Shown here: positions 37,245 through 46,117 of the stretch, one piece after another
How the letters are laid out: every line of letters starts with the position of its first letter
Numbering within the stretch: the first letter of the stretch is position 1
Source: Treponema sp.
GTDB lineage: Bacteria; Spirochaetota; Spirochaetia; Treponematales; Treponemataceae
NCBI GenBank assembly: GCA_045586625.1
Contig: JAZNAS010000108.1
Coordinates: 28,467 to 92,466, forward strand
Reading direction: 5' to 3'
Length of the DNA: 64,000 nucleotides
Program-made: the position numbers and the translations under genes
The notes under the pieces: generated by a model
The model's database searches: none
Seen by the model: only the letters and a program-made list of their open reading frames with translations
What the model was told of the DNA's origin: nothing

Positions 37245-39647
37245 ATGAAAAAACTTTCCCTCATGTCTGTCATCTTCCTTTTGATGATGAGTAGCCTTTT
37301 TTCCCAAAGCCTTGGAGAAGGCTGGAACCAAGTATATTCAGACGAGGGATTTGTAATTGTAAGTCCAGTGGAGGGCACTTGGACTAACAGACAGTCCTTG
37401 GTGCTGGAGGTTCCAGAGGCCTATGAGGTGTTTTATTCCTTTTCAGGCTCCCATCCCATGGACTCGGGCTTTGCCTATGATGGTCCTGTGATGATTGAAG
37501 CGGAGGGTGCTGTTTCTCTACGGATTGCCTTGGTGTTTCCCGATGGGAATGCTGCAGTGTATACGGTGGACTATACCGTGGAGCCTGCTGAGGAAGAGCT
37601 TGATACTTTCCTTCCGCTGAATTTTCGTCAGCCTGTAGTAAGCTACACTATAGGCCAAAGTATTGCCATTCCCCCAGGCTTTTCCTATCGGCTGGGAAAT
37701 TCCAGCAACTTCTTGCCAGGGGAAAAAGTCCTTTCTCTCGAAGGCGGTTCCTTTCCTTTCCGCTATCTTCCCTGTGAAATTATGGATGGTAACAGGGCAT
37801 GGCGTTTTGTCTTAAATCCTGCCGGTATTCCTGCCACTCTGCCACTCCAGGAAGCAGGAGCTGTGGAAGGGCTTGTACAAGCAGGAGCCACAAAGTCTTC
37901 TAGTGTAGCTCCTTCCATAGCAGAAGATACAGGCCGGAAGGCTTTTTCTTTGGATAATTTTACTGCAGCCAAAAAGGTTGAATTTTATCATGCTCCATCA
38001 ACACAAAAAAATACAGGGGCAGAGGAGTTCCTTGCAGCTAGTGATGAGGCTCTGGCGGTTGTTGCTGAGGGGGATCCATCGGAGCCTCCCTTTCAGATTA
38101 CCGACTGGTCTTTGCTCACCTTTACCCGAGATAAATTGATTTATTCCATGGACAATGGCTACTGGCAGGCTGCGGAGGGCTTGGTAATGGTGGATAGAAG
38201 TGTGGGGCACACCATTCACTGGCAGAGTGTGGCTTATGAAAAGGGGAATCCTGTTTACAGCTTTTATCTTCCTCCCAAACCTGATGAAGAATATCATTTT
38301 GAGGGTAATGAGGCGGTGCTTGTGGCCTTGGGACCAGAGTTTACCTTTGTGCCAGAGGGCGTGGCTATGGATCCTGTTTCTTCCATAATGATTGATGCAT
38401 TTTACGGAGAAGAGTTACGGACTGATTTTTCCATCCAGATATATTACGATGGCTTGTACCAAGGAGAAGGAAGGGTTTCTGTCCTTGTGGATAAGTGTCC
38501 TCCCGCCGCTCCTGCCATCTATTCCAGTAGTGATGCCTTTTATAATCGCCAGGATGTAACGGTGCGTCTTGGTCAATTTGAGGAGGGGCAGCTGTTCTAT
38601 TCCCTGGAAATGATTGTATCTGAGCAGGAAGGTTTTTCACCTGAGGCTATGGATGCTGTAGGCAACAAGGAGCCTGATCTTGATTTCCAAAAGCTGCTGG
38701 ATCAATTCAAGCCCTATACAGGGGAGCCTTTGGTGCTGGAGTCCCATGCAGAGCTTGGCCATTTGTTTCAGGTGGGAGCAGTCACTCTGGACAAGCAGGG
38801 AAATGCAAGCCCGATAACCTGGTTTTCTACCATTGTGGATCCCACCAATTATTACGTGGCTTCTGGTGCTGTTGATTCTGGAACAGAGGCCTTCCAGCAG
38901 CCCACGGGAACGATTTCCCAACCCTTTGTCTCCTTGCAGGAAGCTGTTCAGGCTACCTCCCATTTGGATTTTGTTCGCCTCCATATTATTGATATGGTGC
39001 CTGTTACCGAGTCTATTACCATTGACTCCAATTGCCAGATATCCGGTGCCACTGCTGGTTCTGGCCTCGTTTTTGCACCAGGAGCAAGTCTTCTTGTGGA
39101 ATCGGGTGAGGTTGTAATAAAGAATTGTGTCCTTGAGTTGCGACATTTCGGCTCGAGCGACACCGAATATGTCCAGAACCAGCCCCTCTTGTCTGTGGTG
39201 GAAGGAAGCCTTTCCTTGGAGGATTGTGAGGTCTTGGGAGGCTATGCTGCCAGCGGAACCCTATTGTCTGCCACAGATTCAGAGCTTTCTCTCATCAATT
39301 CTGGAGTTACCCTGCGATCTGGTGAATATGGAGCCATTGTTTCTAGCCTGCGGAGCAATGTAACCGTAGAGGGGGGGCTGTTTACCGTCATTGCGCCTAC
39401 TGCCGTTGTCTTTTCCTTGTCCGCTGGTGAGCTGGAGCTTTCCAATGCCCAGTGCAAGGTCTATGGCAATTTGGGACGGGTGGCAGAGCTGACAGGTGTA
39501 CGTTATGCCCTCACAAACAATAAATTTGATGGAATCTTTGAAAATAAAAATCTTTCCACAGTGCAGCTTGTTCCTGTTTGGAGCGATGCCCGTTCTCGAT
39601 TGGTGAGGGAAAGCGGTACTATTGTTTCTGGATTTCCCGGGAGTTGA
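37245..39647 (+). CDS. large secreted protein with a C-terminal parallel beta-helix-like region
   Basis: AGGAG RBS and signal peptide MKKLSLMSVIFLLMMSSLFSQS. The last roughly 230 aa show short repeats typical of right-handed beta-helices (...SGEVVIKNCVLE...EGSLSLEDCEVL...SELSLINSGVTL...SNVTVEGGLFTV...). Confidence 0.65.
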   Translation: MKKLSLMSVIFLLMMSSLFSQSLGEGWNQVYSDEGFVIVSPVEGTWTNRQSLVLEVPEAYEVFYSFSGSHPMDSGFAYDGPVMIEAEGAVSLRIALVFPDGNAAVYTVDYTVEPAEEELDTFLPLNFRQPVVSYTIGQSIAIPPGFSYRLGNSSNFLPGEKVLSLEGGSFPFRYLPCEIMDGNRAWRFVLNPAGIPATLPLQEAGAVEGLVQAGATKSSSVAPSIAEDTGRKAFSLDNFTAAKKVEFYHAPSTQKNTGAEEFLAASDEALAVVAEGDPSEPPFQITDWSLLTFTRDKLIYSMDNGYWQAAEGLVMVDRSVGHTIHWQSVAYEKGNPVYSFYLPPKPDEEYHFEGNEAVLVALGPEFTFVPEGVAMDPVSSIMIDAFYGEELRTDFSIQIYYDGLYQGEGRVSVLVDKCPPAAPAIYSSSDAFYNRQDVTVRLGQFEEGQLFYSLEMIVSEQEGFSPEAMDAVGNKEPDLDFQKLLDQFKPYTGEPLVLESHAELGHLFQVGAVTLDKQGNASPITWFSTIVDPTNYYVASGAVDSGTEAFQQPTGTISQPFVSLQEAVQATSHLDFVRLHIIDMVPVTESITIDSNCQISGATAGSGLVFAPGASLLVESGEVVIKNCVLELRHFGSSDTEYVQNQPLLSVVEGSLSLEDCEVLGGYAASGTLLSATDSELSLINSGVTLRSGEYGAIVSSLRSNVTVEGGLFTVIAPTAVVFSLSAGELELSNAQCKVYGNLGRVAELTGVRYALTNNKFDGIFENKNLSTVQLVPVWSDARSRLVRESGTIVSGFPGS

Positions 39648-39649
39648 AC

Positions 39650-40921
39650 TTGAAAAAAATATCTCACTGTTTCTCTCCAATAGCGCTCTTGGTAGCAAGC
39701 GTGTTGTTGGTGTCTAATGTTTCTTTGTATGGTCAAACTGCAATAACTCAACAGCAGGAGCAGCGGCAAGAAGAGGTTGATTGGGAGGAGCTGGAGCCCT
39801 CTATTCCTTCTCTGTCCCCGGCAGAATTTGAAGCCCAGCTCATGAACTGGGAAAACCTGCGAAAGGTTTCACTTCAGAATTATCTGGATCACCTGTATCT
39901 TTTTTTAGAAATGTCTTTGCCTCGTTATGAAATGCAGCCCTATGTTTTGGCCGAATGTCTGTGGTTTCAGGTGGTGGTTCTGCCTCAATTTCAGCAGATG
40001 GAGGCAGATGGAGGTCTTGATGCCATGATGGAGCTGAACATGACAAGCCTTCTGGAGGTCCAGGAATCAATCGCAGGATTTTTTACCCGGCTCGGAGAGG
40101 GGAGCTTGCCTGTTCATCCCTGGAGTGATACGGTTCTTTCTATTTTTCAGCAGTTACTACAGGATTTTCCTGCAGGAGCCCAAGCTTTGCGGCTGAATCA
40201 AGATGTATTTTTGTTGAAAGGGGAAAATCTACCGGAGCTTCCGGCCTTGACGACGGAACAGGTCTTTATGCCGGTGGATGTAAGCTTCCGAAATGTACAG
40301 CTCTATGGAGCGCTTATGGCGCTGGACAGGCTGGTGGCTCAGTTCAATGAGGCTAAAGGTCACGGCTCACCGGTTGAAGAAGCTTATTCAGTTGATGTCG
40401 TTGCAGAAGAATCTGAATCGGGAGCTAAACAGACAGGTAGGGTAGAAGAGGAAGTGGACGTTGTGATTGAAATTACTGGAGAGGCTTCTGATGAAATGAC
40501 CACTGAAGCTCAGGATCTTGCTCTTTTGCCACTAATTCCTGGCATTGACTGGGAGCAGGTGGTTGAAAACCATCCCTTGATGTATTTGCTGGCCCATTCC
40601 TCAGCAGGAAAAGAAATTTATTCTGTATTGAGAACGCAGCATTCTGGACAGACCGAGGCTTCTCACTGTGAGGAATTGTATCTGGAGTGTGGTAAAATCA
40701 GTGAGCAATGGGGCTTTGATTTAGAGCAGATTCTACCTAGTTTTTCTGCAGCAGGTGTTGCTGCCGCAAAAGAGGATGCCTTTGTCTTGTATTGTCTTCC
40801 AGACCAGGACTTGGAGCAAATCACTGCAGATTTGTCTTGTGTAAAGGAGCTGGCTCCCGCCTATTTTTCTAGCGCCTTGGAGCTGCTGCGGCGGGAAGTC
40901 CCAAATGGAGGTTCACTATAA
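39650..40921 (+). CDS. acidic secreted hypothetical protein
   Basis: TTG 39650 gives MKKISHCFSPIALLVASVLLVSNVSLYGQ. TTG 39644, overlapping the upstream TGA, is an alternative start. No family was recognised. Confidence 0.55.
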   Translation: MKKISHCFSPIALLVASVLLVSNVSLYGQTAITQQQEQRQEEVDWEELEPSIPSLSPAEFEAQLMNWENLRKVSLQNYLDHLYLFLEMSLPRYEMQPYVLAECLWFQVVVLPQFQQMEADGGLDAMMELNMTSLLEVQESIAGFFTRLGEGSLPVHPWSDTVLSIFQQLLQDFPAGAQALRLNQDVFLLKGENLPELPALTTEQVFMPVDVSFRNVQLYGALMALDRLVAQFNEAKGHGSPVEEAYSVDVVAEESESGAKQTGRVEEEVDVVIEITGEASDEMTTEAQDLALLPLIPGIDWEQVVENHPLMYLLAHSSAGKEIYSVLRTQHSGQTEASHCEELYLECGKISEQWGFDLEQILPSFSAAGVAAAKEDAFVLYCLPDQDLEQITADLSCVKELAPAYFSSALELLRREVPNGGSL

Positions 40922-42207
40922 TGGCAAGAATTTCTTCTGGAGTAAAGCTCCTCCTCATCATAGTATCTGTTCTATTGGTGCTCATTGCAGCTTCAGTGAT
41001 TGTATATAAGCTGGAGCTCTTTCCCGGCTTAAATCACAGGCTTCATGAGCTATTTGGCTTGAATGTGGTACAGGAAGAGGATTTGGAGAAAATGCAGCAG
41101 GAGGAGCTGCTTCGGGAACAGACCTCCATCGGAGCCTTGTTTCCCCACTTGATTCCTGTCCCGGAAGGGGAAGTGGAATTCATTCGTCAATCTCAGGAAG
41201 CTGTTTTTCGTGATGGTTTTTCCAAAAGCGAAGGCTATGATGTGACATTCCTTCCTGCTGCCACGGTGGATGAAGCTAAATCCGGATCCCGGCCAGAAGC
41301 TGTAACCACTGCTTCCCTCTGGACTTACTCCAACGAGTTTCCTGTACTGGCTCCTGCCGCTGACTTTTATGACAGGGTGGTATTTATAGATGCACAGCCA
41401 GCCTTGGTTATACTGGACAAGGAAACAGGAATGGAAAAGGCACGAATCCCTTGTCAAGTTTATCCAGGACAGGAAGCCTTTTCCCATCTTCACTCCTACT
41501 ATTTTAAAAGCAAGACAGGGAATTGGTATGAAGTACAGTTTGAAAAAGGCTTGACTTCACCAGAAAGTCTGGCAGTGGCCCAGGAGGTAAGGGAGAAGGG
41601 TAATGTTGATGAGGCCATCTACAATAGTCTTTTGCCCCAAAAAGATGCCATGGATTTTATCAATGCAAAGATGAACGGACTGCTTTCTGTAACACCTGCC
41701 GTTTCTGTTCCCCAGTCGATTTTATATTCTGTTGAAGATGAGGCTTTTTCTTTCAATCGCTCCTTGGTGTCTCCTGCCTTTGTATTCTCTCCAAAGGAAC
41801 AGGGAACCTATACCTTGGGCCTGTGTGACGAAGCAGGCAGCTGGGTTCGTGACAATGCCTTTGTGGTTTTATACACCATGGCGGGAGAGGCCCTGGCCAT
41901 TAGCCTTGACTATGTGGCTGACCGTCCACAAATTACTACACACCTGTCCAATCAGGAGCTGTATGTGGCCTGCGTGGGCTTTTTCCCCGATTCCTTGATT
42001 CTCGATGCGGCTCCTTCCCAGGATTTCCGTGATACCGCTTCTTCTATGGCTCCCACTGATGAAACAGAAGAGATGGAGCTTGAAATGGTGGAGCTGGTGC
42101 TTGACTCCCCTGAATCAGAAGAGGCTGCTGAAGGTGAGTCCCTCGTGTCAGATATTCCAGAAGCACTGCCGCAACGGGCTTGGTTCCAGGTGAAGGTGGC
42201 TCCCTAG
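40921..42207 (+). CDS. N-terminally membrane-anchored hypothetical protein
   Basis: TAATG overlap with the upstream gene. The TM anchor is KLLLIIVSVLLVLIAASVIVY. No family was recognised. Confidence 0.6.
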   Translation: MARISSGVKLLLIIVSVLLVLIAASVIVYKLELFPGLNHRLHELFGLNVVQEEDLEKMQQEELLREQTSIGALFPHLIPVPEGEVEFIRQSQEAVFRDGFSKSEGYDVTFLPAATVDEAKSGSRPEAVTTASLWTYSNEFPVLAPAADFYDRVVFIDAQPALVILDKETGMEKARIPCQVYPGQEAFSHLHSYYFKSKTGNWYEVQFEKGLTSPESLAVAQEVREKGNVDEAIYNSLLPQKDAMDFINAKMNGLLSVTPAVSVPQSILYSVEDEAFSFNRSLVSPAFVFSPKEQGTYTLGLCDEAGSWVRDNAFVVLYTMAGEALAISLDYVADRPQITTHLSNQELYVACVGFFPDSLILDAAPSQDFRDTASSMAPTDETEEMELEMVELVLDSPESEEAAEGESLVSDIPEALPQRAWFQVKVAP

Positions 42208-42800
42208 TGGCAATCAAGCTTTTGTGCGGCCTTGATGAGGCTGGCCGTGGACCCTTGGCGGGGCCTGTGGTGGCAGCAGCTGTCATCCTGCCTCCTGATT
42301 TTCCTGTGGAAATCCTGGGGGACTCAAAAAAGCTCAGTTTAAAGAAACGGCTGTCTGCCCGACAAGTGATTCTAGAGCGGAGCTGCTGGGGAATCGGCAT
42401 TGTGGATCACACCACCATCGACAAAATCAATATTTTAAAAGCCAGCCTTTTGGCCATGGAACAGGGATTTTTCCAGATGCAGGAGAAGCTTGATGCATTT
42501 TTATGTGGTGAGTTTGGCAGCGACTTGGAATTTCAGTTGGAAGCCATGGCAGATGGAACCTTTGTGCCAAAGCTTCCTGTGGTGTGCCGAGCCCAGCCAA
42601 AGGCAGATGCCACCTTTCCGGAGGTAATGGCCGCTTCTATTTTGGCAAAAACCCAGCGGGACATGATTATGGAGGACTACGCCCAGCTGTATCCTGAATA
42701 CGGCTATGAAAAACATAAGGGATACCCCACCAAGGCACACCGAGAGGCTTGCCGTCAGCTAGGACCATCCCCCATTCAACGTATGAGCTTTAAGTATTAA
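42207..42800 (+). CDS. rnhB: ribonuclease HII
   Basis: GTG 42207 (TAGTG overlap) lies after AAGGTGG. The sequence LCGLDEAGRGPLAGPVVAAAVIL is present. TTG 42180 is an alternative start. Confidence 0.9.
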   Translation: MAIKLLCGLDEAGRGPLAGPVVAAAVILPPDFPVEILGDSKKLSLKKRLSARQVILERSCWGIGIVDHTTIDKINILKASLLAMEQGFFQMQEKLDAFLCGEFGSDLEFQLEAMADGTFVPKLPVVCRAQPKADATFPEVMAASILAKTQRDMIMEDYAQLYPEYGYEKHKGYPTKAHREACRQLGPSPIQRMSFKY

Positions 42801-42802
42801 GT

Positions 42803-43198
42803 TTATTCGTTTTCAGCAGGTCGCTTTGAGACAACGTGAACACGACCGGTTTTCTTCACTCCTGACTGCCGCCTCTCCTCTTCTGCGGTGGGCTTTCGCT
42901 GATATACCTTCTTTCCTGCAGCTACAGCCCTTGCCGCCTTGCGCTCTGCTGCGGCCTTGGAGCGCTCCTTTTGCTCTTTTTCGATAAATGAAATGGAGGA
43001 ATCAAGTCCCTTGAAGAATTTTTGCATATCATCAGCAAAAACCACTATAGCATGGCGGTCAAAGTCCTCACCATTCCTACTTTTGCTTTCTACCACTTGG
43101 AGAAAGATGTCGCCATTCCTATTTTCTTTTACATTGAAAAAATAGGACCTGTTATCCAGCGTAACCTGAGTGGTGTAAAGCTCTCCACGTGCTCCCAT
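42803..43198 (-). CDS. bacterial PUR-alpha-like (DUF3276-type) nucleic-acid-binding protein
   Basis: LYTTQVTLDNRSYFFNVKENRNGDIFLQVVESKSR matches the PUR-repeat pattern seen in spirochaete/Bacteroidetes homologues. The tail is basic. Confidence 0.65.
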   Translation of the reverse strand: MGARGELYTTQVTLDNRSYFFNVKENRNGDIFLQVVESKSRNGEDFDRHAIVVFADDMQKFFKGLDSSISFIEKEQKERSKAAAERKAARAVAAGKKVYQRKPTAEEERRQSGVKKTGRVHVVSKRPAENE

Positions 43199-43369
43199 GC
43201 TATCCTTCCTTATTGCCTTGATGCTATATTCTCTTTCAATAACTGGAATTACTGAAGTAAATATCTAAAAAACTAAATCACATTATCATATTTTATCTCA
43301 TTAGACAAGCATTATTTTTCAGCTTACCCAGCTTTATTATGGGGTTTGCAGGAAGGTAGCTGTTTTGTC

Positions 43370-43753
43370 CTAGGAATTCTTGCTGGAGCTTATGGCCTCG
43401 TTAAGAAACATGATGCCGTGGAGGATACCATAGATAAAAAATCCTGTGTAAAAGATAACTAGCATGGATTCTGTAAGGCGGCCAATTACCGTAAAGAGAA
43501 GTACTCCTTCCAGTCCGTACAAGAAGGTGGAAATTCCCATGAGGCACAGGCACAGACAAGGGAGAAAACCTATGTGTCGCTGGAGCCGCCACACCACCAG
43601 ACCTGTTGCAAAGGCTACTCCGCCGCAGGAAATGCCCAGTGCTGGAACAAAGGCCACCTCCACCATGATTCGGGCAAAAATTCCTGCTCCAATACCAAGG
43701 ATGCTGCGGCTTCCCTGTTGGCGGGCGGCGGCGGTAAGGTGAAAATTTGTCAT
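43370..43753 (-). CDS. small multi-pass membrane protein
   Basis: ATG 43753 overlaps the upstream stop (ATGA). There are about four hydrophobic helices. No family was recognised. Confidence 0.55.
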   Translation of the reverse strand: MTNFHLTAAARQQGSRSILGIGAGIFARIMVEVAFVPALGISCGGVAFATGLVVWRLQRHIGFLPCLCLCLMGISTFLYGLEGVLLFTVIGRLTESMLVIFYTGFFIYGILHGIMFLNEAISSSKNS

Positions 43754-45048
43754 TTTTTTCCTCCAAGTTCTTGTCTTTCGATTTCCTTCCAGCTTTTTCC
43801 CATCATGTGCTTGAGCTTTGAAAGCCATGGTACGCTGCTTCCTTGTGGTCCAAATGCCAGGCCACCTACAATGATTCCCGTTTCAGCATTTTCCACCAGA
43901 TTTACGTACAGGTCTCCATCACGAGATTGACCTCGCTTAAGAGGACTTCCCAATTCATGGTTTTTCCAAAGGCCAGAATTCTCTTCTTCCATAGTCAGAA
44001 CTGCCTTGCCTGTAGAGACTGCTTCCCGCTTGCCGATGGTGATGGTGGTATGGGGAAGCGTTTGATGATACAATTCTGGTTTTGCCTGTCCTGGCTGGGA
44101 AAGAAGTTTCCAGCAGGCAAATTGAGCCGCCTTCTTTCCCTGCTCCAGGGCGGAGGGAATGATGGCCCAGGTAATCCCTTGGAATTCAGCGCAATCTCCT
44201 GTGGCAAAAATCATGGGATTGCTGGTGGCGGTTTCCTCATTGATGATAATGCCTTTTCCACAGGCTAAGCCTGCTTCCTTGGCAAGATGGATTCTACTTC
44301 TGACCCCCATGGAGTAGAGCAGGGTTTCCACTCCATCTGAACAGATTGGCCGGAGCACTTCATCCACACTACGATTTCTTAGCTCGTTGGTATCCACATG
44401 GACTCCCGTGTGAATGACAATACCTTCTTCCCGCTCCAAGTAGAGCCTCAGCATTTCAGAGGCGGTTCTGTTCAGCTGCCGATTCAGCAGGTAGCCTGAA
44501 TTTTCCAATACATGAACCTCTTCCACTCCTGTAAACTTGAGGGCTAGGGCAGCCTCCAGGCCTAGCAGCCCTCCACCCAACACTGCAGCCTTTTTTCGCT
44601 TCATGGCCAGATGCTGCCGTATTTTTTGCACATCTTCCAAGGTTCGCAGGGAAAAAACAGTGTCTGCTGCAGGGCTCTGGGAGTCAGGCATAAAGGGGGA
44701 AAAGGCACTGGAGCCAGTAGCTAGAATCAGGGCGTGGTAGGAGCATTCTTGCTGGGAGTCTCGAAGGGTAAAGTACACCTTTTGCTCCAAAACATCGATT
44801 TCTGTGGCTTGGGCAGGATAAATCAACTGAATGTCCCTTTCCTTGAACCAGGCTTCATCATGAAAAACCAAGTCGCTTGGCCGAATGCTTCCTGCCAACA
44901 AGTCTGTAAGCTGGGGGCGGGTATAGCTGGGAGGATTTTCATTGGTGATGATGGTGATTGACAACTCCTCCTTGGAATGGAGCTGGCGAGCTTCTTGGGC
45001 GGCAGTGACCCCTGCCATGCCAGCTCCAATAATGACAAGCGCTTTCAT
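43750..45048 (-). CDS. FAD-dependent pyridine nucleotide-disulfide oxidoreductase
   Basis: AGGAGG RBS. Two dinucleotide-binding motifs are present, VIIGAGMAGVTAA and AAVLGGGLLGLEAA, plus ATGDCAE. The C-terminal extension of about 110 aa is unassigned. Confidence 0.85.
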   Translation of the reverse strand: MKALVIIGAGMAGVTAAQEARQLHSKEELSITIITNENPPSYTRPQLTDLLAGSIRPSDLVFHDEAWFKERDIQLIYPAQATEIDVLEQKVYFTLRDSQQECSYHALILATGSSAFSPFMPDSQSPAADTVFSLRTLEDVQKIRQHLAMKRKKAAVLGGGLLGLEAALALKFTGVEEVHVLENSGYLLNRQLNRTASEMLRLYLEREEGIVIHTGVHVDTNELRNRSVDEVLRPICSDGVETLLYSMGVRSRIHLAKEAGLACGKGIIINEETATSNPMIFATGDCAEFQGITWAIIPSALEQGKKAAQFACWKLLSQPGQAKPELYHQTLPHTTITIGKREAVSTGKAVLTMEEENSGLWKNHELGSPLKRGQSRDGDLYVNLVENAETGIIVGGLAFGPQGSSVPWLSKLKHMMGKSWKEIERQELGGKK

Positions 45049-45077
45049 TCAGTCCTCCTGGTAACCCGTGGCTCCGC

Positions 45078-45106
45078 TTGACTAAACCTTCAGGTAAATT
45101 TATGCT
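45078..45106 (+). promoter_or_regulatory. candidate promoter giving a leaderless transcript of the MBL-fold gene
   Basis: TTGACT-17-TATGCT, then 6 nt, then ATG 45113. Confidence 0.45.
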
Positions 45107-45112
45107 TGTGTC

Positions 45113-46030
45113 ATGCGTTGTGAGTTTCTTGGAACGGGAACAAGCCACGGCATCCCTGTCATTGGGTGTAAGTGCCAGTGTTGCCGTTCCTCAGATAGCC
45201 GGGACAAGAGGTTTCGGACAAGTATGTGGATTACTGACGGTGATTCTCAGGTCCCAGCTACTTCAATTTTAATTGACATAGGACCGGATTTCCGTAGCCA
45301 GGCTTTAAAATCTAGCATAAATCGGCTGGATGCCCTGCTTCTGACCCATGGACATGCGGATCATCTGAACGGGTTGGATGATATTCGGATTTTTTCCCAT
45401 ACTGAATCAAAGGCTCCCTCTGATGCCGATGGACAGGTGAGGGTGTATCCAGAAACCGAGGGTGATGGCTTGCCTGTGTATGGCAACAGCAGAGCCTTGC
45501 AGGATGTACATCAACGGTTCTCTTATATTTTTCAGCCAGCGATGGAAGGAGGAGGCAGGCCCAAGGTAAAGACTATGGATTGCGGCGCCTTTAATGAAGA
45601 TAATCCCATAGTTATTGGAAATATTTCCATCATTCCGATACCCATGCTTCACGGTCGGCTGGAAACTATCGGTTGGGTGCTGCTGGAAGGCTACAAGGGG
45701 GTGGGGAAGGGACCCTGCAGAGGGATTGCCTATCTTACTGACTGCAATAAGCTTCCCCCAGAAAGCCTCGCTCTTTTGCGTCGCTTTGGCTCCTATCTTT
45801 GCCATCTGGTAATTGACGGTCTTCGCCAGCGGCCCCATTCCACCCATTTTTCCTATGACCAGGCTCTTGATGTGGCCATGGAAATTGGTGCGGGCTACAG
45901 CTGGCTTACCCATTTGTGTCATGATATGACCCACTTGCAGATCCAAGGATACCTGACAGACAAGATAAGCCAGCTGGGGCGGGATTTCCAGTGCCAGCCA
46001 GCCTACGATGGCCTTGTCCTGGAAATCTAG
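45113..46030 (+). CDS. MBL-fold metallo-hydrolase
   Basis: FLGTGTSHGIPVIGCKCQCC and the metal motif LLTHGHADHLNGLDD. Confidence 0.85.
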   Translation: MRCEFLGTGTSHGIPVIGCKCQCCRSSDSRDKRFRTSMWITDGDSQVPATSILIDIGPDFRSQALKSSINRLDALLLTHGHADHLNGLDDIRIFSHTESKAPSDADGQVRVYPETEGDGLPVYGNSRALQDVHQRFSYIFQPAMEGGGRPKVKTMDCGAFNEDNPIVIGNISIIPIPMLHGRLETIGWVLLEGYKGVGKGPCRGIAYLTDCNKLPPESLALLRRFGSYLCHLVIDGLRQRPHSTHFSYDQALDVAMEIGAGYSWLTHLCHDMTHLQIQGYLTDKISQLGRDFQCQPAYDGLVLEI

Positions 46031-46086
46031 GCTTTGTTTTTCACCTTTCTTCTATATCTATCCCCAGCCATGGATTTCATAATACA

Positions 46087-46117
46087 AGGCCCATGATACA
46101 GTTTTAATGATGGGCCT
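46087..46117 (-). terminator. hairpin overlapping the pyk stop codon (weak terminator)
   Basis: AGGCCCAT / ATGGGCCT 8-bp stem. On the minus strand it is followed by TTGTATTATG, which is only moderately T-rich. Confidence 0.35.

Noticed and set aside
39371-39377. G7 runs (39371-39377 in the beta-helix protein gene, 30835-30841 in cydC, 9483-9489 upstream of fliF), considered as additional phase-variation tracts.
   Set aside because: Several G/C runs of 7 are expected by chance in 64 kb. Only the G10 tract is statistically unusual and suggestively positioned.
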